The notes beneath the pieces are model-generated. The model was not told where the DNA came from, did not search any database, and saw only the letters and a list, made by a program, of their open reading frames with translations. Made by a program: the position numbers and the translations under genes. Below are positions 13,801-25,800 of a stretch of 64,000 nt of DNA, piece after piece (within the stretch, counting starts at the first letter, position 1; every line of letters starts with the position of its first letter). This stretch comes from Isurus oxyrinchus (taxonomy: Eukaryota), in NCBI GenBank assembly GCA_026770705.1, contig JANJGN010000034.1, forward strand, positions 3,348,001 to 3,412,000, written 5' to 3'.

Positions 13801-16800
13801 AGTTGGCGATTCGAGTCCTCATGACCCTTCAAACAGAACTAAGTAAAAATAGGAAATGGGTGATATATGAGCTGGTTTCGGGGGGGGGGGCGGGGGGTTG
13901 GGGGGGTTGGGTTGGGTTTGTTAGGACAAGCAGTCAGTGATAGGTGGAGATAAGCAAAATATGTCACAGACAAAAGAACAAAGAGATGTTGAATGTGGTG
14001 GTATTATCTAAAGGAATGTGCTCATTAAGAGTAGAGAGCAGGACAGGTAAGGTACAGATAGCTCTAGTGGGGGTTGGGTGAAATAATACATAAAGGGCAT
14101 AAAAGGTAGCGATAAACAATGGGTGGAATTACTTTTAAAGTAATGGATATAGGCGGGAAAAGAAAAATCTATATACATTATTGGAAGAAACAAAAAGGAG
14201 GGGGAAGAAACGGAAAGAGGTTGGGGATGGAAGTTAGACTTCAAGATCTAAAATTGTTGAAACCAATATTCAGTGTGGAAGACTGTAAAGTACCTAATCG
14301 GAAGATGAGGTGCTGTTCCTCCAGTTTGCTTTGAGCTTCAGTGGAACAATGCAGCAAGCCAAGGACAGACAAGTGGGCATGAGAGCAGGATGGAGTGTTG
14401 AAATGCCAAGGGACAGGGAAGTCTGGGTAATGTCTGCGGACAGACTGACTGTGTTCTTCAAAGCTGTCACACAGTCTGTGCTTGGTCCCTGCAATGTAGA
14501 GGAAAGCCCATGTTATTTGGCGCTGACCCCTAAACTATGTTAATAGTGTGTGAACTATTTACCTAAAAGCTCAATTTATATATGAATCAATTAATGTATA
14601 GTGCATTGAGGATCAGTGTTTTTATAATGTGAGAACGGAGAAGGCAAGACATTTGCCATTTTTCATTATAAAAAGCCTTCGTTCTGTAAACAGCAAAGAC
14701 AGAAATGTAAAGCAGGCATATGGGTGAGAGGAACAATTGTTTGAGGTTTCAAACAAAAGCGATGAAAATACTATATATATATATTTATATAGCAAGGGAT
14801 GTCAATGCCTACTTGGAACTACTGCAAGGGATTTGATTCAAAATTGAGCAACCTATGCTGCATTTGTTCGTAGTCTTGGTCAGTTCACTTCGATATTATG
14901 GCCCTTACTTCTCCATTAATCAGTTGGCCTATATTTTCTTTTCATTTGGGCCGGGTCTGATTACTTATCAATCCTGCCTTGGATTCGTTTCCAAATAATG
15001 CAGAATTTGTTATGCGAGGATTTCCAATCGATAAGTGATTTCATTTGTGTTAGGAGAATCCGGAACCAGTTGCATACTCTCTCTCTCTTTTCTCTCGCTG
15101 TTTCTATCCATCCACCTGTCTCTCTTACTTTCACTTCATTAAACAACTTTTGAGTGGCGAAATACATATCAAGAACATGATATCCTCATCATTAATTAAT
15201 GATCTTACATGTAAAGGAATCAGCCAATTGATTGAAGAAAGATTTGTATTCAGCTAAGCCTCATTAGTCCTTCATTTGTTACTACCTACTTTTCCAAATG
15301 TAGGCTTAATTTTCTGCAACAGTGCCAATGTTACCGACTTTTGAATGACTGGCATATAGTTGTCGGATTTATCATCATAGTAAACATTTAAAAACGGTGT
15401 ATCATTTCCAACGTACCAGTCATTTGAAATCACCTTCAAAACTGTGGCAAATTCAATGAATGCCCAGAAACATCCAGAATTTTGATCCTGCATTCTCTCA
15501 GCCAACCATAGACGTGTCCCAACCAAATCAGACAACGTTTCTTTTGCGGGAACTGGAAACCATTTAACTGTATCGCATGTATTGACTTTATCTTATACAA
15601 TAATACTTCCTATTCCAGATTGGCTGGTCTGTTGGAATTATCCTCTTCTCCAATCAACGTGCATGCAATGTAACTTGAATACCTTTCCCAAGTTGATTTG
15701 CGTTTAAGTCATTAATAATCTCCTGTCTTACGTTCACTCACTTTTTGCTGGTGTTATTAGTTCTGCTGCTGTTCGTAGCTAATCGTACCAAGCCGATCTA
15801 CTGTCCTAGATATCACACTCGTCTGAGCTGCATCATCCTTACAACTGCCCTGGAACTTTCCAGCAAAAGCTTCCTGACGTCCGTTATAGACAAAGAAATG
15901 CCCTCCCCTCTCCCCGCTGCCCTCCACTTTGTCTTCTGTAAGAGATCTCTGTCGCTTTTCAACATTGAGAAAATTGCCTAAATAGTTCCATTTTATTTTT
16001 TTGGATGTTGATTGCGGATTTTTGGAAGGTTTTCTTTATCTGTTCCAATATCAAGCACATTTTCGTTTGCCTGTTTAAGATATGCTCCGGTTATTTCGAA
16101 TGCTATTCTGCTTCTTATTTGTACTGTCATTTTGGGATGTCTCTGGAAATTACTTTAAACCGCTCAGCGTCGTGATATTATATTTGAGATAATTCATTTT
16201 CTTTCTAGCTCGGTGTCCCTTTTGTATCTTGGTTTCCCGAGGTTTGAGGTTTTAAACTGATGAGAAAGTTTGCACCACATTACGGAACAATCTCATCTTT
16301 AAAATCTTCGAATGCAATATTTGATCTATATCTTCCAAAATTATGATTCGAGTCGAACTGATCCTCCTTATCAAGGCCAAATGCTAAATTAGAAGATGCT
16401 GATGTATGAGGATCAACACTCTCTAATATTGCACTAGTTACTGTAAAATTTCTTTCGTTATCACTTTTTCGAATTTACGTGCTTTCAGGTGTCTCTCCAC
16501 TAAATTATATCAGCTATGCATTTGGTCATTTAGGAACACATCTAACGTTTTGCGTACCCACAATAATAAATAGGACAATGTCCAGTTCAAAAAAAAGCAA
16601 CGAGTTTCAACGGGTAGTTACCTAACTCGGAAAATTTGGTGACTGAGAGAGTTGTATTTTACAGAACATGCAGCGCCCCAGAAAGGAGCCCAAATACAGT
16701 AAAATCTCAGAGCTGAAATCAGGAAGCAGTATTTCACTAAGCATTTAGGGCATTTATTGGCGAATTTAAGGCTTTCGGTATTCTGTTTTCCAGAACTGGG

Positions 16801-19800
16801 CTAGTACTTAAATTTGAACAGGAAAGTACAAGCAACGCAATACATTTATGCCACAAGTATTTAAACAGCCTAATATAAGTACAAAACACCATTCAATAAA
16901 TTCTCTAATTAATTGAATGGCTAGCATAATGCAAGTCAAGTATAAGGCAGAACCGCGTATGATCCCCTATTTCAGAATTGGGGAGTAAGTGAACAACAAG
17001 ATAGAATCAAACAAAGACGACCACGGAAGATGACTTCATGTCGAATCTCTCTGGCTCGGGGTTAGTCAGCTGGTGTGCAAATCGTGCTGACACAGAAACA
17101 TACAGTTGCAATGGACATTTTTGGATAGTGGTATCTAGGACATACATTGAAAAAAAAAGCCTCACGGGTGAAGAACAGTTTAATGAAAAAAAATAGTTGG
17201 AAAAATGTATAGTATCACGGAGCTAGCCGGTAGTTTATTTAATTCAATTTTTCAGTATTTATCCAAGGGATGGGTGGGGTGGAGTGGTGTGTTCGTTGCA
17301 AAACATGTCCATGGAATATTTGATCAAGTAACTTAACAAAAGAATAAAACAATACGGAATCAGAAATTTAATTACAAATATTCAACATTAATTTCAAAAT
17401 GTAATATATTGCGTGAGCTACTTAATTTGAATTTTTGAGGTGGTCACAGGGACAGATGTAAATGATAATGCAGACATTGTAATTTACCTTGATTTTAACA
17501 GGGCCTTTGATAAATTACAACTTAATAAATTAATGAGCAATTTTGGAAAATTTGAAGCTGGGAAAATATGTGAATATCGATTGTTAGCTGGCCTCAAAAC
17601 AGAAAATTCGATTTTGAATAAAGGGTGGTTCCTCAGATTGATATAAGATTGGAAGAGGGATGCCACAATGATAAATGCTGGGACAACTGATACTCAGAAT
17701 TTACGTTAACGAAATCTTGCTCGTTGAACTAGTCAATACCAATGAGAACTATGAAAAGAGAGGAAATATATAAACTTGTACAATGAGAAAATAAGTGGCA
17801 AATTCAGTACAACATAGATAACTGCGGGGTAATAAATTTTGGCGATTGGAACGAAAAGATGTCTTATACTTGGTAATTGCATGTCCAGATGGGTTAGAAA
17901 TAAATAAACTTACATTGAAGTACGAATATACAGATCACTAATAGCTGTGCCAAAGCTGAACTAAACATCCTGCTATTTATTATAGTGGGTATATTCACAA
18001 CAAGCGCATAACATAAGAGAAACATAAGTGCAATCTAGAGAAGTTAAGCTGTCCTTGCATCAATACTTGGTAATGCCACATTTATAGCACTGCGTGCAGT
18101 CCTGATGTTCATTATATGTAACAAATTAAAAAAAATACACAGAGGTATGGTGACAGATGGGAGGTCACACACATTTACAATGGTGACGTCAGACAACAAA
18201 TTTTAGTATACATCTCAGAAAATGCCAGAATGAGAAGTCAAGCAAATATTCGCTGCAGGGTGCCAGTTTAAGTTTTGTCCCATTCTGAATAAAATGATCA
18301 ACATCACATCATTCTTGTCTTCCTTGCCTAGATCTAATTATTGTCTTGTGTAGCCTGGATTATGCAGTTTCCAATTTCAAAGTGAAAAAAATATGATCTC
18401 CTCAATTGCCATTACAGCAAGTTTTATTTTGGTTCATTGTGCCTGGAGCTCCGGAATATATTTTACGGAGCTTCAATCATTCACACAGTCGCAATTGAAA
18501 CAATCTTCACTTGCCTCACATTTCCTCCCTATATGATCCATTCAACTCAGTTCACAAACTATGTATTCTTTCATGCCATTCGTCCCTTTCTGTCCTCTCT
18601 GCCCTTTTCATTGTCCGCTCTAATATTTGGAACCGGTGTGCACACACCAATCATCCCAGTTGAATCTCTCCAACGAATCATTAAGTAAACTTCCCGAGGA
18701 GTCATGTGTCCCAGGACCTTCGAATGGGAAACTAGCCCAATTTAAATTACCCTGTTCCCCCAGAATTATCGTTAGGAACCCCGAAAGAAGATGTAAACAG
18801 CCCCCCATCCACTGTTCCAATTGTTGTTAATGTACGCCATAGTAAGTAGAGAAATATGATATTAGAAGGGCTGAATGGGACGCTGAAGAGATCGTGCAAC
18901 AGGAATACCTATCTATCCTTTGATTGCTTGATGAACTTTTGGGGAATGCATTTTAAACCTCATAATGGATGCAACCCAATCCCACGGCTGCACTTTGCTT
19001 GTGTAAGTGAGCAAGTACCCAGCAAATTGGGCAGGGGATCTACCCGTTCGTAATGCTGTAGAGTACCATAAGAGGCGGAGAAGATGGAAACAGAAAGATA
19101 CCTAATGTGGCCGGAGCAAAGAAAGAACGTGATAAGTTGCAATGAATGCAGTGTAGGGCTGTGAAGGCACACAGCGCGGTACTTAATGTGTATGCAATTA
19201 TGGTGGAGAAAGGAACAAGAGCAGGTAACGTGGAGGCATGGAGGTAATGGGGATCTAATTCTGAAAGATACAAGATTATTTGCTAAGTGTTCCCATATAC
19301 ACGTTGTTCAGGAAAGGTGACGAGCAAATGAAGCAGAATGGGTTCTGCTGAATTGCTGTCTCATACTGAATGAATGTTGTCACCTTAACATGAGCTGGGA
19401 TGGGATAGTGTAACGAGCTCAACTATTTTCAAGATAACTTTCCAGGTGATATATTGTTATGAGGACAGAAGCACAGCTATATCTAGAGCTCGTGAACGAG
19501 GTGGGAGAAATTCCTGAGGTGGTGCTAGCAATCATTTAGTGGACAGGGCAATCCAGATTTAAAACAAAAGTCAATGTAGAGTGCTCGATATCATTGGGGT
19601 GAAGTTGAAGCATACATTAGTATATTTCAATCAAGCTATTGCAGGCCACATCTTAACGCAGCAATGCACTGACTTTGAAGATGGAATGGTTCGGAATTAT
19701 TCGAACTACATTACCACAATAGAGATAAGTACGTGGCGTTGTGGGGGTTCTGGGCAGACTAAACTGGGAGGGACAGTTCTCTTTGGCATCCCGTTTCTGA

Positions 19801-22800
19801 ACTGGATGGAATTAAATTATTTTGAAAGGCTTAGAATCAAAAGCGACCTGAAGAAGCATGGTATGCAATGATTGGTTAGCATATGCCATACAGGGCTTAA
19901 CTGGATGATGGTGGCAGATTTGGTAATGAGTTCCACAATTGGACTGTATAATTATCTAGAGAAGAAAGGACTACAAGGTGATGTGGAATCCATTTCTGAT
20001 TGAAAGTAAAGAAGCCTCAACTCCTCTCCTGTATGTTCATCTATGATTCTGCAATTCTGTTAAAAGAAACATCTATACTTACAAACATGTAAAATAGCGA
20101 GAAATAAATTACAACCATCCCTCTTTCTCCGTATTAATTTCCTGCAGCACCACTGAAATTCTACTGGTCAGACCCGAAATGCATTCGTTCTGCTTCTATT
20201 GTTGTCCATATGCATCACAGAATCTTCGTTCCCAACAACACCACCGTTGCCACCCCTTCACTCCAACAGATTGTCATCCTTTTATAAATACTCATATCTG
20301 ATAGCAGGGAGCCAGAACGTTATGTGGCACTCACATTAGAAGCTACCCTATTCACCTTCCTGTTTATCGAATCACAGATGAAAGCTGCATTTCTCATTTT
20401 AGTCAACGTGCCCATTAATTTAATCACAAGGTATTTCAGTGCCCCCAGTTGAAATCATGATTGTCTACTGTACGTAGAATGACCAGAAAATTGTAATTAA
20501 TGGTTATATTAATTAGGTAATGGCCAAAATGTTTTGTTACACGTTGCATGGTTAGTACTCACAACTACAGGCCTACAAGGAAGAAAGTCTTTAGTGCAAC
20601 ATTACCTGTTACGGTCTTGGTCGGTTTTTCACCTTTAACAGAAAATGGAGGATTAGCATTAATATACTGTAAGGGGAAATGAACAGCTTAAGGCATGGAG
20701 TGCTTTTAGAAACGCATCAAAAACTTGGAAAACAACAGATAGCTTTTATTTTGAAGTGATGAACGCAAACTATTGCAGATGTTGGAAATCTGAAGAAGAG
20801 TCAAATGCACTCGGAACGTTAACTCCACAGATGCTGCAGAACGGCTGAAGTTTTCCAGAATTTTATTTTATTTTAACCAGTAGGCACTGTTTTAATGCTA
20901 GGAAGCAGGGCTAATAATTTCTTCACCTGCCTCAAGTAATGCTACGAGGGGATTTAAAATGGTTTCATTGGTTTTGGTAACAGAATGACATTGAAGAGGC
21001 AGCGCCTGTTAATTACTTGAGAAAAAAAATATGACTGTGGGAATCAATTACGGCTTTCCAATGGATGGCCTTCTAGCATCTGATTGAAAGATCAATGCAT
21101 TGCTCGCTTTGTACTGCCATTGGGAATGCAATGTCGCCATAAGCTTGTTTATAATAGCTAGAAACAGTTAAATCCTAACTTTGTTTTGAATACTTGTAAC
21201 GGAAGCATGGCTTAATGAAACATTGCATGCATTATTTCAGGCACTGGTGGAAAATGCAAGGGTCATTAACAGGATTTCAGAATTTTTAGCTGTGGTCAAT
21301 TGCTCATATTTCATCCTCTGATGTACTTCATCTCAAAAATATCAAAAACAGCATTGAAGTATTGTACAACCGTTTTGGTATTTTTAATGATTGTTTTTTT
21401 AAGCCATGTTTAATCCAGATTTAAAAATAAAATGTGATAACGAAGCAAATATATCCTGAGTATTTAAGAATGACAAATGGATTGATACGGTTGGCAAAGG
21501 GATGATTTTTCTACTTGTCATGGAGAGCAAACTGAAGGACATCAATAAAGAAATGTTCAATAATATACCTAACGGTGAATTCTGAAGAAATTTAGCAACA
21601 CCGCAGACATTTAGAATGTGTAACTGGATGTGAGTCTTCCATTGAAGAGTCATACAGACTCAAAACATTAACGGTGTTCCTCTCTGCAGGTGCTGTCAGA
21701 TCAGTTATTTCTGTTTTGATCTTCCCATCCTTGCTGAATATGATGTATGCAATGCATTGCCTCTGAATCAGCTGCAGCAAGGGGAGTATATCGGTGGAAC
21801 ATGAGCATACAGAAGTTGATAGAAAAGGAACAGTTCAGGCTCATACGGTAAATGACTTTATGACAATATGCACATGAGGGACACATGAACCGAAGGTTCT
21901 GTTGAGTATAATTTTCCATACAATATTTCGAGAGGCTCAAGTGCTGCATAATTACATGCAAGGCCCTGGTGAACTGAAAAACAGGTTTCCTTTCTTTAAT
22001 TCGCACATATTTCATTGCATGAGCTCATGCAGGAATCAAAAATAGTTTTTAATCATTTTTTTGGAACTGGGGGAAGCATAATTTTGGAGTAACACATGAG
22101 ATGTTTGCAACCCATTTACTTTAACTTTCTTGCCAACACAAAACCACTAGTGGCTTGCCAGGTGCATTATATTGTATGTAATCAAAGAAGCAATTCGCAA
22201 TTAGGGACATATACTTACATGCAAAAAACGCTTTTACTGTTAATGAAATGGAAGGTGGGCACCTTTACCTTTGTCGAACTTATCTAGCTTGTCTTCTAAA
22301 TCATAACAAAAATATGACTTTGTCAAATGAGTATCATAGCAGGCCTTGGAAAATTCACATTGTATTCCACCTGACATGGAATCAATCTACACCTGTATCA
22401 ACCTAGTGTTAAATCATATTTGACCACAGGGGCCTGAATCGTCGTGTCAGCCGCATTTTGGATGCCTTCATACATTTCCCACAACAGTCACGACTGCACA
22501 ATTCTTCTGGGGTCTTCCCATCCTAGTTGAATATGAAATATGCTAAGCAGCACTTCTGCATTGGTGCAGCAGGAGGAGTAGATCGGTGCAACAGGAACTT
22601 ACACCTCGTTATTTACAGAATTAGCTATAGCTTTGGACTACATAGTTATCTGTCCAGCCTTTTTAATGAATGATGTATATGTGCATGGTTGAGGGAATGG
22701 GTGAGCAGATTGATGAATGAGTGTGAAAATGCTAGAGTGTGTTAAAGGTCCAATGGACAGTTGGATGAATGTGTAGGTGGAAAGAACGGTTCAGTATGGT

Positions 22801-25800
22801 CAGCAGATGGGTTGGTGAGTGAACAGTTGGGTAGATGGGCCAGGTGGCTAGGTGGGGCATGTCGTTAAGTGGGTGCATTTGCAGTTAAATATGTCGGTGA
22901 AGTTCTTAGGTGGGTGAGGGGCTAAAGTTAGTCGGTTGATGATTGTTGATGGAGAGGAGGTGGGTAGGTGGCTGAGGTGGCTTAGTGAGTGATGTGCTTG
23001 AGGAATGTACGCGATCGCTGGCTAGGTGTTTCAGTGCTTTGTATAGAAGGACGGATGGTTGTTCAAGAGGTTTCTTGGTCTGGTTGTGGGTATAGTCAGC
23101 TGCTCGGTAAAGACCTGGGCTCGGTCACATAGATTGTCTGATAGCAGGAAGTGGGCAGTTGTGACTGCTCCGGGAAAAGTTAAGTAGTCGGTGTCCAGTC
23201 CTTTGGGCCTGGGTGGTAGTCGACTCGCGGGTTTGTGGGGTGGGGCAGTAGGGCTTTTGGCGGGGTTTTCGGAGGTTGGGAATGCCTTTTCCGGTCAGAG
23301 GAGTAGTCGTATGGTCGGGGGCCGACTTCTGGTTGGGGGCATGGGGTGGCCGGATAATACCCGGAAGTCAGGCAGTCAGGGAGGACGGATCGTGTGTCGG
23401 TTACATAATCACCTAGGTATGCTGGATCAGCTTTTGAAATGTATATATTCCCGGGATAACTACAATTTTAAGTTGCGTGAATCTAACCTAAATCTCCGAA
23501 TCTAGCTCAGAGTGAGACACATGTGCTCATGGTCCGGACAGTTGGGAATTCCCCACCCGAAACTTCAACTTCCCAGGCAACTCCTTTGCTGGTCAATGCA
23601 TCAGTAGTTTTTCAGGGCATAGGCACAGTTCTTCTGCCGCACGTCAAATCTCTGATGATTCAGAGACGGAACATTTTGGGTCAGTTTTTCTTTGTTCACG
23701 CACTTTAAAATAGCTTCCGTTTTCCAATGCCTATCTACCCTGAAAATATGAATTAATGCAGATTATCCAACGTTGGTGCTGATGATAACTTGTGGAAAAT
23801 TACCAATTTTCAACAGATGCAGAAAATGCAATGAAATAATCTACAATCTTCTAAGCAACTTATTTGGACTGATGTATAAAGGGATGTGAATTATAAACAG
23901 AGAACTTACGCTTAAATTGCATGGACATACTTAACATTTCTGGCCTATATATTTGCAAACAATAGTACCGGTGTTGACACAAAAACGAATTGCATGAATG
24001 GCACCATAGCTGAGATTCTATAAATACTGGAAAAGGAAGAGGCGACGGTACTTCAAGATTACCTGCTTTTAGAGAAAATGTAGGGGAGAAACCTGATAAT
24101 AGTATTGCAAACGATGAACTATAATGTTGAGCAGGCGTTTAGTAGATGTTTCCACTTGTGCAGACTCCAAAATTAGAGGAAAAATACTGCTATGTCTCCG
24201 CACCTCGCATATTGAATCATGTTAGTAATGCAAGACAAACAACATAATTGCTCAGAGTGTGTTTAGAATTTATCATTCCTACGTGATGGATATACCTGAA
24301 CAACTTAGACACATTGACAGAGAATATCATTAACTAAGTGCATGGAAAATACATGTAATGGTGCATTTATAGAGGCGAGGATTGGTTTAAGTAGGATAAG
24401 TCTTGTGCAAAGCCTAAACACTGAACCAGATCCATTGGCACTAAGTTAAAACGTTTGGTGCTATAAATTGAATTGAATAATATGACGTGAATAACGTGAT
24501 TTCTCACTTGCTTCTTTAATTTGCTTCTTCAGTTCTTCTATTTCTGAAGAAGGAAACAATAATAGTTTGGTATTTTCAGTGTGGATGAATGTTCAATCTG
24601 AAATATTGAGAGCTTAAACTAATTTGTTAATATCTCTTACAATTGTTACGAATGTTCATTTAGGCCTAATGCATATAGTCGTGTAGCAGTGATGCTAATG
24701 GACTGGTAGTCAGAGAAAAACTAAAAAGACACAATTAATTAGCTGATCTATTTCAATGCAATCAACTAATTGAAATAAACTATTGAAAAGTAATCTCGCA
24801 ATGGTGCCCATGAATACCATCGATTCTCATAACGAATTACTTAATTGACTAATTAATATTAAGAACGGAAAAGTAATTTCAGTAATGGTATCCATCAATT
24901 ATAATCGATTCTTTTACAAACTATCTGGCTCAGTTTGCCTATTATGGAAGGAAGTGTCCCCAAGTCTATTAGGAATGGACTCCAATCATCGGCTTTGGCG
25001 CCGATGCCCACATACCATGAAATAATGCAAAGAAGTTAAAACAGATAATATGGGATAGTACCGCTAACCAGTTCCATACTTCTTGATAATTTAAGAAAAA
25101 TAACGAGCAACAGAGAAAATATGATTTGCATAAAATGTATTAAGTAACATTAACACAAATGAGGTAGCTCTTTGGTGTGTACCAACTAAGTAAATAATCA
25201 TTTATATTTTAATTTTGCATCTGTTAATTCATTTAATAGTCTGATGTAAACATATTACATCCATTAGATTCTGTGGAGTGGGTTTTCTGTTAAATTTAGA
25301 AATTCCAGTTTTGTTCCAGTGTCTCAAACTACGACATGCACAGCAAATGAGTTGAGCTGGAAAAAGATCTTGTGCCTAGCTTTGGAGTTTGAGCAGCTGC
25401 TGGAATAATTGTGATTCAACCACGTGTCTGAGCGGTTCGTGGATCGCACATTTCTATAGGTTTTCAGACCGTATCTTAACAAAATCGAGGCTGCAGGGAA
25501 TACTTGATCAGAATACGGCCAAGAACGAGCAGGAAGCTAGCATAGTTGTATGTTGAGGTCATGTCACTCGTCAATGTGTATCCCCTTCTGTATACTGGTC
25601 AGAGCGATGGTTCATCTGAGGGTTCCTGTTAGAGTGAAGCCTACAAAACCATGGGTAGCTCAGCGAGACAGGTGGCTGCAGGAAAAATGGGAAAGCTATA
25701 GTTACAGGCCAAACTGGTCAGACTTTTCTATGCTGCATAACTGCTTCACGGATGGTATTTGTCCAATTTAAGGATTGCCTGTCACACTTACAAGCAGCAA

